Assembly: GCA_951406725.2 (NCBI GenBank) | Contig: OX597818.1 | Coordinates: 87,234,001-87,298,000 of the forward strand | Reading direction: 5' to 3' | DNA: 64,000 bases | From: Octopus vulgaris | Lineage: Eukaryota | Shown here: positions 53,079 to 64,000 of the stretch, piece by piece | Position numbering within the stretch: the stretch's first letter is position 1 | Layout: every line of letters starts with the position of its first letter | Translations under genes and position numbers: made by a program | Notes under the pieces: model-generated | The model's database searches: none | Told to the model about the DNA's origin: nothing | What the model saw: only the letters and a program-made list of their open reading frames with translations

Positions 53079-53153
53079 TGACCACTCAGTGGATTGGCTA
53101 GGTACAATCACAAACAATCAGAGCCACGGAAGAAGTTTTCATCATAGTGGTCA
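53079..53153 (-). ncRNA. Box C/D snoRNA family 1, copy 5
   Basis: identical to copy 1. Confidence 0.88.
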
Positions 53154-53824
53154 GTCAGATCAGTTAGTTGAAGTTAATAAAGAGGAACACGTAACAACAC
53201 TGGCAAATGGGCTATGGTGAGAAGGGCTTAAATCTTGCAGGTGGTCAAGGAATTATTATACTCATTACTGTAAACTAAAGTCACACAGATGGGGATAGAT
53301 TGCATTTAGATTGAGGAGCATATAATGCACAAATGAGTATATTTGACCCCTTTGTTACAATATCCATGTTGAATTACAGTAGCTTTTTCAACATGATTAT
53401 GTAAAGCTGGTAGAAAGTAGAAAAATTTGTCAAGTTCCTGTCCAAAAATAATTGGAACAAGGGATCTAACAAAAATTGGCACATCATAATTTGGACCGAT
53501 GGAAAATTAAATTATTAAGACCCTTGGCAGTTACTTGACCTCGTACAAATAATCCAGTGCTTCTTGATATATTATATTATGCCCCGGATAAAACCATCAG
53601 GCTGTCAAAAAAAATTCATATAAGACAGACCTAACAAACATTACAAAAGAGATAGAAATCCCAGATACATTTTACTGATTAACAATAATTAAACAGACAT
53701 AAGATACAAGAAGCTCTAAATAGATTTTATTACCTCATAGTTTACCAGCCTACAACTGACATAACAATCACTCCTGCACTATATCAAAAAGACAAGATAT
53801 TTCCCTACCATGTGTATATAAATT

Positions 53825-53899
53825 TGACCACTCAGTGGATTGGCTAGATACAATCACAAACAATCAGAGCCACGGAAGAAGTTTTCATCATAGTGGTCA
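53825..53899 (-). ncRNA. Box C/D snoRNA family 1, copy 6
   Basis: identical to copy 2. Confidence 0.88.
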
Positions 53900-54479
53900 G
53901 TCAGATCAGTTAGTTGAAGTTAAAGGGGAACAAGTAACAACACTGGCAAATGAGCTATGGAGAGAAGGACTTAAATCTTGCAGGTGGTCAAGGAATTAAT
54001 ATTATACTCATTACTGTAAACCTAAGTCACACAGATGGTGGCTAGATTCCATTTATAATACACAAGTGAATAATATTTGGCCCTTGTACTATGTAATGTT
54101 TGTAGCATTTGTAGAAGAATGTCATGTCTTAAATATTAAGAACCGCTCCACAAACAATAGGAATAAGCGACTGAAAATCCCTTTGAGTAAATCACTGTGA
54201 AAGAGCAAACCTAGTACTAACTGTTGGTAACCACCATTGCTAAGTCTCACCAATTCTCTTGGCAGACAAAAATCTGCCCCAACAAAATTCATATAATCCA
54301 TGCCAGCATGAAAAAGAAAAAGAGATGCAAACCCTAACAAAAGAGACAGGGGAAATCTCAAATATATTTTAATGACTAATAGCAAAATTGAACAAATATA
54401 ATGACCATTTCCACACTATATCAAAACAAAGATGTAGAATCTTCCTGGCTATAAAAAATAAGTCTTGTGCACACAAATT

Positions 54480-54550
54480 TGACCACTCAGTGGATTGGCT
54501 AGATACAATCACAAACAATCTGACAGATGAAGTTTTCATCATAGTGGTCA
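54480..54550 (-). ncRNA. Box C/D snoRNA family 1, copy 7 (D' box changed to CAGA, D' guide diverged)
   Basis: C box, D box, D guide and terminal stem intact. Confidence 0.82.
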
Positions 54551-55387
54551 GAGCATTGCGCTTACAATCAGGAGATAGTGAGTTCAATTCCCAGACTGGA
54601 CTGTGTATTATGTTCTTGAGCAAAACCCTTTATTCTACGTCGCTCCAGTTCACTCAGCTGTAGAAACGAGTTGTGACATAACTGGCGCCAAGCTTTTCCG
54701 GACTTTGCTTCTCCCTTAGATAACATCACTGTCATGGAGAGAAGAGGCTGGTATGCATTGGTGACTGCTGATCTTCCATAAATGACGTTGCCCAGGCATC
54801 TGCCTCGGAGGATAATATTCGAAGTGCAATCGTATGGTCATTCATTACTGAAGGGTTGGTTTTTTTTTTACCCATTACCCCTTTATATGTGTATTAGAAC
54901 AAGGTTTTAAAATAGTTTGTCTACCAACCATGTGGTCTTGGGTTCAGTCCACTGATGCACCATCACGAAGTGTCTACTATAGTCCAGAGTTAAGCAAAGT
55001 CTCCTGAGTGAGATTGGTAGACAGAAACTGAACAAAGTGTGTGTGCATGTGCCATCCAACCCTTACAAACATGAAAAAGTGGATATCAACCCTTTAGCAT
55101 TCAGATTATTCAGTCATGTTATGCCCATTTATTCACATTGTTTTGAATTAATCAGGGATTATCTTGTAGCTTTGAGATTTTCATAGTGGTGACTGCTTAT
55201 TTTTAAGACATTGTAGGATAGGTGTGAGAAGCTGGACATGACAAACATAAAACATTGAATATTTTCGCCAGATATAGCTGGTTTGAGCCCAAAATGGTTA
55301 AGGGAGGAGGTTGATGTGTTTTGTGAAGTTAGTTTCTCCTACATGCATCAGCCCCACTGCATGCCCTCTTTATTGTTAAAGGTTACC

Positions 55388-55700
55388 TCAAATGTTCAAT
55401 ATGTAAATCATTATTTGCAATACAGTTACAGCATCGTTCAATAGTTGAATCAGTAAGTTTTTTTTTTTACACAGCTCTGGTGTTATATCTTGCCATGTAT
55501 TTACGATGCTCTGTTCCAGATCATTGAAAGTTTTTGGTCTAACACTGAACACCCGATTGTTTTTTTTAGCACTCCCCAGAGAAAAGAGTGCAGAGGACTG
55601 AGGCCCGGGGACTTTGCAGGCCATTCCATGGATCCGTGGTAGCCCATCCACCTACCCGGACAATATTCATCAAGTAATAAATTTAATAGGAATAGGTCAC
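55388..55700 (-). mobile_element. Tc1/mariner-superfamily transposase remnant, frameshifted
   Basis: PGRWMG...EWPAKSPGLSPLHSFLWGVLK resembles the WPxRSPDLNPLDFFLWG motif. Confidence 0.8.
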
Positions 55701-56336
55701 TTCTGAGCCACTCTGTGTGTGTATGTATATATGTGTGCCTTTGTGTTTGTATCCCACCACTGCTTGTCAACCATTGCTGGTGTGTTTATGTATTCAAAGA
55801 GGTGACCCAGCATGGACACAGTTTAATGAATGGAGAAAAAAAACCCCAAAAAAACTTGCAAACTTCCCATCCACAACTTGGTATGTTTTGTTGTAAAGAC
55901 TCAGTAGTTCTCTTGTAAAACTAACAAATTAGAGAAATGCTGTGGAAAAATACATCATCAATATTCTCAAGTATTGCTAATTCAGTTCGATTCGAAACAA
56001 ATTTTAGAATTACAACTCAATAAAAATAACAGCCAAATCTGCTTCAAATCAAGAATATATTAAACAAAACCCAAACAGGTCTCTTGTATTCAAGACTAAG
56101 CAATGAACTTTTTCATTCAAAACAAGTCCGTAACACTGAGCCCTTCATTGTCTTAATTCTGTTGAAATATAGTGCTTGTTTCAATTAATTTACTATGTTA
56201 ATGAAAATTGAATAAATCAACTGGTGTTTGGAACAAAAATCAACATGGGAACTTTCAATTTCGATCACTGTCAAAGAGGATGCTTGTATTAGTCTTAGAC
56301 ATGTCAGTATATAAACAGCCAAAAATAAATATTAAC

Positions 56337-56413
56337 TGACCACTCAGTGGATTGGCTAGATGCAAATCACTAAACAATCAGACCCACGGAAGTAGTTATC
56401 ATCATAGTGGTCA
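56337..56413 (-). ncRNA. Box C/D snoRNA family 1, copy 8 (most diverged)
   Basis: boxes, stem and ATCTAGCCAATCCA guide conserved while flanks are unrelated. Confidence 0.88.
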
Positions 56414-57768
56414 CTATAAGCAGTGCTTGTATTAATTTTTAAGATCCTCACATTAAAACTCGCATTCATATAGAGAATTCACGATTGTTGTACCTTTACT
56501 TGCAAGGCTACAACACTAGATAGAGAAAAGTCAAAAACTGCAATCCTTACCTAGGTTGTTGGACCCAATATCCTACCTATTAATCATTAGAATTTTTCCA
56601 TCTTTGAAAAGAAAACTCCATTCAGCATCATTATCATTTAACCCCTATTGTCCATGCTGGCATGGGCTGGACGGTATGAAGAGAGCTGGTGAGCTGAGGG
56701 GCAGAACCAAACTCCAGTGTGATTTAGCATTGTTCTTATGGCTGGAAGCCCTCCCTAACACCATTAATTTTGACAATTCTCTAAAGATTGTTGTTATATA
56801 ACCCACTAAATATAAAATATATTAAAGGCCACAAAAGATTCTGAAGTTCTTCACTGATGTTTAAAGAATCTCTTGGAAAAACTTACAATAAAAACCCAAT
56901 TTGTTTAAAATTTGCTAGATACACCCAAAAAGTAGAGATGGTACACTTACAATGCAAGTTCTGATGGTCATCACAAGAATCAGTATTTCTTTCTCGTTGG
57001 AGACACTTCCACTCCCTGAACCTGACAATAGCAACTAAGTATGGTACCAAGAGAAACAGCTGATTGCTAAATGTTGCTAGATCCTGTGTATATGTATGAC
57101 TTGAATGGCACTGCCAGTTATGAGGCTTCCAGTTGATCTGATCAAAGGAACAGCCTGCTTGCGAAAGTAACATGCATCTGACTAAGCACTCCACACAAAA
57201 GCAGTTCTCATGGGAGATTCAGCACGACACAGTGTGACAAGGCCGGCCCTTTGAAATACAGGTACTACTCATTTTTGGCAGCTGAGTGGATTGGAGCAAC
57301 GTGAAATAAAGTGTCTTGCTCAAGAACGATGCATCACTGGGAATTCAACACATGACCACATGATTATGAACTGAATACTATAACCACTAAGCCACACGCA
57401 CATAATACCTTTGTTAAGTTTGTAATAATGGAAGAGCAACAGGTCCAACACCAAATATATATCCAGGTAAGTGTTGGTTGCTCAATATCTACACTAAAGA
57501 ATACAAAGGGTCACAACTAACGAAATCTGAGCAACAACCCACAAATAAAATTAAGCGGTATTTTAGGCTGGGACAGAGGTCATTCTTAGTACTTTCATTT
57601 CATCAACAGAAAAAAACAGTTTGGCTCAGCTGCAAATGAAACAATCATACAAGCAACTGACATTTACAGTAAATTCACTGAAGTTAGGAAACAAAGAAAA
57701 CAAGAGACATCATCCATAAAAGAAGAGAGAAATAGTACAACATTACAAACACCAAAGAGAAAACTTAC

Positions 57769-57864
57769 CTTCAACTTGGGCACCATGTGCAGACGAATAT
57801 CATCGGTGACTGTAGAAACAACCACAGCTATCTTATCCTCGTCTTGTCCCTTCATGTGTCGTAC
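57769..57864 (-). CDS. RPL18: RPL18 exon (VRHMKGQDEDKIAVVVSTVTDDIRLHMVPKLK)
   Basis: gcgcag acceptor, AAG|gtaagt donor; KIAVVVxTVTDDxR motif. Confidence 0.97.
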
Positions 57865-58815
57865 CTGCGCAAAGAAAATGCAGCTAAATGAAGCAACTCC
57901 AGAGACAATAAATTAATACCAACAAACTTGAGTAGGGTTCAAATTAACCCTTTCGCATCCAGATTATTCTATCATGTAATGCTTATTATATTCTTTTATG
58001 TGTTTCATTCATCCGACTGCAGCTACACTGGAGCACAGCCTTAAAGGGTTTTGGTCAAAGAAATCAACTCCAAAACTTATTCTATTGGCCTCTTTTGACG
58101 AACTCGATCATGGGGACATAAACACACCAACATCAGTCGTCAAGTGATGGTGGGAGGAGGGACAAACAAACACACGAAGACAAATACATACATGACAAGC
58201 CTCTTTCAGTTTCTGCCTACCAAATCCACTCACAAGGCTGTAGTATAAGTATCTTGAGACATTTGCATAAAGTGCCGTGCAGTGGGACCGAACCCGGAAC
58301 CACATGGTTGGGAAGCAAGCTTCTTACCACACAGGGAAAGGCAAACGCTGATACAGCTTGGCACCAGTGATGTCGCATTTCACTTCCACAGCTGAGTGGA
58401 CTGGAACAATGTGAAATAAAGTGTCTTGCTCAAGAACACAACACACAACCTGGTCCAGGTATTGAACCCACTACCTCATGATTGTGAGCCAGACACTAAC
58501 CACTGGGCCATGTGCCTTCACCATATTAACACTCAAGTTTTTAAGGAACATAACACTTTAGCATTTGGATTGCTCCGTCAAATGCAATTCTTACTCATTC
58601 ACATTGCTTTAAATTAGCCATGCACTATCTCTGAGTTTTCAGATTTCAACACCATTGTAGGGTGAGTGTGAGAGGCTGGACCTACTAGTTAGGACATAGA
58701 AAAATAGAATCGGATATGGCTGGCTTAAACAAGCTCCAATATAAAACTCCCAAGACATGAAGCATATAACATTTTAACCACAACAACCTAAGACACCGAA
58801 GAAAAATATACTTAC

Positions 58816-58923
58816 AATACGCGATAGGGGAACTGGTGGTCTGTTGCTTCTGCTCATGCAGAGACGCTTCAGAATAATCTTGTTGAACTTGGAGTTAGTC
58901 CTTCGGGCCAAAAAGCGGTAAAG
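58816..58923 (-). CDS. RPL18: 60S ribosomal protein L18 (eL18) exon ([36 protein letters not shown])
   Basis: tttacag acceptor and ATT|gtaag donor on minus; unmistakable eL18 peptide; upstream exon(s) outside window. Confidence 0.97.
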
Positions 58924-59412
58924 CTGTAAAATAAAGTTGATGCATTGAACAAATACAGATAGGATATGCTGTTTATGGAATCATTGATAGACAATGTAAA
59001 CAAGACAGTTGCTTAAAAGCTCCTGTAACCTGCTTTCAATTAATCACATATTATCTCAGCTTTGGGATTGTGATGTCACTTGTTTTTATATTCTAACAAT
59101 TACATTGTAAGATAGGTGTGTGATGCCAGATCTGGCTGGTTTAAATGCCAAAGGGTTAAACATGACCCCAGCATGTGCAGTATGGGTTTGCTGCCAAGTG
59201 CTCAAAGCAGCAATGAAAAAGTGTTGTGATGACAGACATAAGCCCGTTGAAGAAAGTCTTCCCAACGCACACCTGGGAACATCATTAAGAAGAAATAAAA
59301 CCCCTCAGTGTTCAGATTTCTTTGTCAAATGTAATGCTTATCAATTTACATTGTTTTGAATAAACCATGCATTATCTCATATCTTTGAGATTTCTAAGAT
59401 GTGATTGTTTAA

Positions 59413-59610
59413 CCCTTTCATTACTGTATTTTGAGATGCTCTGTGTTTCTTTCAATTGATTTTAAATATAACAAATAATTTAGTAAAATAACTTAGTAAT
59501 CATTCAGCTAGTGTTAGGAACATAAATTGTAAGGTTTGGTGGAAGATTTTAATTCAAAACTTTTGAAAACAAGACATTTGTACTACAGAGCCGGTTTGGT
59601 AACGAAAGGG
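59413..59610. mobile_element. About 200-bp piggyBac-type MITE (second family) nested in an older MITE
   Basis: TTAA|CCCTTTCATTAC...GTAACGAAAGGG|TTAA, same TIRs as the 45050 element. Confidence 0.85.
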
Positions 59611-61580
59611 TTAATGTAGAATAACATTGTAGGGTAGGTGTGAGATCCTGGATCTGGTTTCAAATTACTGGCACAGTAGTATGCTAGTTCTTACAGTCGA
59701 TCCTCAGAAGTGGTGAGGTTAGTAAAAATGCTGAAGCTACTATCTTCAATTCAGTTTCTGGACCTGTCCTCACCTGTGTTCAGGAATATAAGTTGCCAAA
59801 ACAGAGTCCTTCTTGAAGATCTCTGGAGTAACATTACTCATCAGAATACATAGCTCAGAAATCAGAGTCTCTCCCAGTAGAGCTGTTACTTCTCTCCACA
59901 TTGAATTCACTGCTCCATTTCACACTACCGATGTGATTAAAATGCTGCAGGAAAGAAGCACAAGATGGATTCTTCAAGCCAAGAAATAGGAAACCTGGGG
60001 GTAAACCGAGAATGAGAGGGTTGGATAATATCCAGTCCCAGCTTGTCAAGCCTGGGAACCCTGCCAGAAGGCCTAATGTCGACTGCTTCTGATAGCACCC
60101 TACGGAGGAGATGCCCAAGGACCTAATTCCCACAACCCACCTAGGAATACTGAGCAGAAGACTTGGATGGAATACAAAATTTTGAATCCAACTTGGACAA
60201 ATGACAAAAATAAGCACCATGGTTTTACTAGCAACACCTGTTTGTTGGAATTTTTAAAAAAAACAATTTAAAAACTGCAAGTGTACCCACATTAACTTTC
60301 AAAAAGTTAAATGACTGCCATAAGAGCAACCATAAGTTGCATCAAAACCGAACAAAATCTAACCAAACTTCAGTATTAAAACCTGTATCTGCTGCTGATT
60401 CCAAATGCAAGGACTTCAGAAAAGGTTACCTTTTGGCAGCGATATGAGAAAGATCCAGCCATTGATAATACCAATTTATACCATGGATTACCTAAATAGC
60501 AATAGTCCCCTCAGCCCCTGACAGAAATAACTGTCTCCGATAAGTTGTGCAACTTTTGTGGTCATGACAAAAATTAGAATTTAAAATTCCTCACTGGAGA
60601 CAATCTCACTCTCTTATAGACAGTACCAAGTTTGTATAATCACTTGGTGAGATCATTCCACAAGCCATAGCTGCTAACAGTATTGTAATCAGGTTTCTCA
60701 TGTGATCAGAACCCTGCTCATGCGACAGGCCTACAAATGTGAATAAAATACAATAACTTTTCATAGCATAGACAAAGATTACATTTGAGGGAAAAAAACT
60801 TTTGATTTCACAATGAATATTCCCTAGCAGCTATTTATCAAAGTTGTGCAAAAACAGTGCATAACCAGTCCGCTTTGCAATCCTACTGCATGACACCTCG
60901 ACCAAGCGTTTTGCTATAGTCTCCACCTCCCAGGACCAAATAGTGCTTTGTAAGGCAATCTGGAAGACAAAGTGTAGCAACCAGCTGCATCACCATGTTG
61001 AACCACTGAACACTGCAGCTTTTCTCTCCTTTTCCTCATTCCTTTCCGTTAAAGAGCATAGGCTCAAAACGTAAAAGACATTTCTTTTTTTCCTGAGTAT
61101 TAAACTAATACATCTGCTTGTTATTCCTACCTGCCTTCGTCTTGTTTTTCTATAAACTCGATCTACTTATATAACTATGTCTTCCTGTTTGCCAACTACC
61201 ACAACTGATGGTTTGTTTACTTCCCTTAATTTAGTGGTCAGCAAATACCAAATTTGAAAGTAAAAAAAAAAGTACTGGGGTGGAATGTTTGACCAAATCT
61301 TTCACACCCTTGTCTCAGAGTGACCACAGTATAATAATCAAATTAAGAATAAAAGGACAATCAAATACGTTAGCCATGATATAATAATCACTTGGGAACC
61401 AAAGTCTTGTCTTCTGTCTTACAAATAAATTAACTGCATCAATGTATTTGGGAGAAGGAAATCCTAGTGATTCCATATGGAGTTATTTAACAAGAATTCT
61501 ACATGTTAACTACACAAAATCATTTAAAAGCCAGTTAGGTTTGTCTGAGAGCCTATAAAATCACATCTAGCAACAATAAA

Positions 61581-61657
61581 AGTGCCTCCATCAGTTGGGT
61601 GATCCTGAAAGGTCATCACAAAAGATAATCAGAATTCTTCTTCCTCACTGAGGCACT
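61581..61657 (-). ncRNA. Box C/D snoRNA family 2, copy a
   Basis: minus strand AGTGCCTC-A-GTGAGGA(C)...CTGA(D')...GTGATGA(C')-CCTTTCAGGATCACCCAA-CTGA(D)-TG-GAGGCACT; intronic and sense to RPL18. Confidence 0.85.
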
Positions 61658-62589
61658 CATACACTGACACTCCTGAGCAATTTAATCTACAGCATTTCCG
61701 AGTTTATTTGGAGACCCAAAGTTGCTAACAGAGGCAGGATGTGTACTTCTGCCAGAAGCTCTGAGTCTCAAAAAATAAACCTTCTCCAAAGAGTCTAGTA
61801 TATAAAACCCCACATTCTGTTGTCTGCTAGTTAACCAATCTCTTCAGATAGTACTCTAACTGTTAATAATATTGGCATCAAATGAATTAACTCTTGATGA
61901 CAACCTGCCAGATATTACCTCTGGATCTATAATAAAAACCTGTTTTGAAGTAATGTTAGGATGATTTAAAACGGTTTAAAATGGATACAAGATGATGTAT
62001 AGTTCCAATCATAAAGATAACCATTAAGTTTACTTTCTACACCCAGCCTGTTGCTGGTAATATATATCAGAAAGTGGCAGAAAGTTAATTGTCCTTCGAA
62101 TTTATGATTAAAAAAAAAAGTGGAACAGACTACTACCTAACACTCACTATTTAGTGGTTGGTACTAAGATGGTCAAAGCAAACAATAAAGCCCATAGCAC
62201 TAGTCGGATCTTTTCAACCTAACCAGCTCCAGTCAGCAAGGATATGAGCATAAAATGAAGACAAGGTGGAAAGTGCCACAAACATTTGTATCTACATAAT
62301 TTAGTAGAACAAAAGGAGAAGCCTGTAAAGTGACAGGACAACAGTATCAACCCGAGCACTTGCACCCACTAACCCTACATTTCTCCATACTTTTCAACCT
62401 AACTCTAGTCAGCAAGGATATGAGCATAAAATGAAGTTGGAAAATGACAAACATTTAGATCTGCATATAACTTATTGGAACAAAAGTGGCTGGATATGGC
62501 CTATTTTAAAGCTAATGGGTTAGTCTTCTAACGGACACTAGAATGCAGATGTAATCTAATATTGCATTTAACCACTGACATTAGTAGTG

Positions 62590-62662
62590 GTGTCTCCATC
62601 AGTTGGGTGATCCTGACTAGTCATCATAAAAGATCAGAATTCTTTCTTCCTCATTGAGACAC
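62590..62662 (-). ncRNA. Box C/D snoRNA family 2, copy b
   Basis: GTGTCTC/GAGACAC stem, ATGAGGA, CTGA, ATGATGA, TCAGGATCACCCAA-CTGA. Confidence 0.85.
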
Positions 62663-62695
62663 TACTATTTTAATTTAAACTCTAGAACCAGTTAA

Positions 62696-62903
62696 CCCTT
62701 TCATTATCAACCTGGCTGAAACCGGCTCAGGCTCTGTAGTACAACTGTCTTGTTTTCAAAATCTTCCACCAAACCTTAGTCACAATTTATGTTCCTAACA
62801 CTAGCTGAATGATAACTAAGTTGTTTTACTAAATTCTTTGTTATATTTAAACTAATTGAAAGAAACACAGAGCATCTCAAAATAAATACAGTTAATGAAA
62901 GGG
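62696..62903. mobile_element. piggyBac-type MITE, same family as 59413; duplicated at about 63857-64000
   Basis: TTAA TSD and CCCTTTCATTA/TAATGAAAGGG termini. Confidence 0.85.
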
Positions 62904-63748
62904 TTAATCTACACACAGGAAATGTACCTGTGCCAGCAGCGCTGGGTCTATAAAAAAAAAAAAAATTTCCAGAGAGTTTACCACTTTAGGCACTATATTC
63001 TATTCTGCTCTAGACACAAGGACAGAAATGTTGTGGGGGGGGGGGGGGCAAGTTGATTGACTCCAGTACACCACTGGTACTTAATTTATCGACCCCCAAA
63101 AGGATGAAAGGCGAAGTCAACCTCGACGGAATTTGATCTCAGAATGTAAAGACAGACGAAATACCCCTAAGCATTTCATCCAGTGTGCTAATGTTCCTGC
63201 CAGCTCACTGCCTTACTTTAGACACTCTATAAGTTAACCAACCTTTTCGGATAATACCATAACTGTTAGTAAATATTATCAATGAATAAGCTCCTTTGAT
63301 AACCGAATAATGATGTTATGATGATAAAAGGTTTAAACGGATGCAAGATGACGTACAATTCAATTGTAATGGCAACCACTAAGTTTACTTTATATATCCA
63401 GCTTGTTGCAGCCAATACAGGGTCACCGAGAAAGGTTTCTGTGATTTTAGTTGTCAGATGCACTAGCTATAAGCAAGCAATCTGCATGAAAATAACAAAC
63501 ATTTAGATCTACATAACTTATTGAAACAAAAGTGGCTGGATATGGCCTATTGGTTCCAAGCAGTGCTGTTTTCAGCAAGTGCTCCCCCTTATTGCAGCCC
63601 CTATTTGTTCCACGTACTTCGAGATTTTTGCTCACTGTTCCCAGGGCTCCGACAATTTAATGCTAATGGGTTTAGTCTTCTAACGGGCACTAGAATTGCA
63701 GATGGTCTGGTAGTCTAATATCGCATTTAACAACTGACATCAGTAGTG

Positions 63749-63824
63749 GTGTCTCCATCAGTTGGGTGATCCTGACTAGTCATCATAAAAGATGATCAGA
63801 ATTCTTTCTTCCTCATTGAGACAC
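63749..63824 (-). ncRNA. Box C/D snoRNA family 2, copy c
   Basis: as copy b; part of a roughly 1.2-kb duplication. Confidence 0.85.
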
Positions 63825-64000
63825 TACTATTCTAATTTAAACCCTAGAACCAGTTAACCATTTCATTATCAACCTGGCTGAAACCGGCTCTGGCTCTGTA
63901 GTACAAATGTCTTGTTTTCAAAATCTTCCACCAAACCTTAGTCACAATTTATGTTCCTAACACTAGCTGAATGATAACTAAGTTGTTTTACTAAATTCTT

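Larger units (their letters stand above)
49940..54110. repeat. Tandem array of roughly 700-760 bp units in A/B alternation (higher-order unit about 1.46 kb), one snoRNA per unit
   Basis: snoRNA starts at 49942, 50679, 51619, 52381, 53079, 53825; spacers 1/3/5 and 2/4 are near-identical among themselves. Confidence 0.95.

Noticed and set aside
49940-54110. Regularly recurring conserved 75-nt motif as a CRISPR-like array
   Set aside because: The spacers are about 650-900 nt and homologous to each other, the context is a eukaryotic intron, there are no cas genes, and the motif is explained by C/D boxes
59825-59850. CTGATGA on minus as another hammerhead
   Set aside because: A helix II-like stem is present but there is no GAAA or helix III
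59855-60220. 121-aa minus-strand ORF as the missing RPL18 first exon
   Set aside because: No similarity to the eL18 N-terminus; the true exon lies outside the window

Overview
AT-rich, microsatellite- and SINE-dense eukaryotic genomic DNA; the repeat families and intron style point to a coleoid cephalopod, probably Octopus (inferred, not verified). Two convergent intron-rich genes are present. (1) The 3' half of a Caskin-family scaffold gene on + (8 coding exons from 10078 to the stop at 37069: tandem SAM domains, Pro-rich region, Caskin tail, probable long 3' UTR). (2) Ribosomal protein RPL18/eL18 on - (5 coding exons, 58923 down to the stop at 48121; 5' exon(s) lie beyond 64000). Almost all supplied ORFs are microsatellite or SINE artefacts. 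The most notable structure is in the RPL18 introns. One 8.9-kb intron holds 8 copies of a box C/D snoRNA, 6 of them in an alternating A/B tandem array, and each of those 6 is followed by a candidate acceptor/micro-exon/GAG|GTA donor. The same intron has a duplicated copy of RPL18's own poly(A) site. The next intron holds 3 copies of a second C/D snoRNA with a compensatory stem change and no target I can assign. The Caskin introns contain several minimal Penelope-type hammerhead ribozyme motifs (one intact and antisense; sense copies core-mutated) and long fold-backs. A triple-nested piggyBac/TTAA element complex lies between the two genes.
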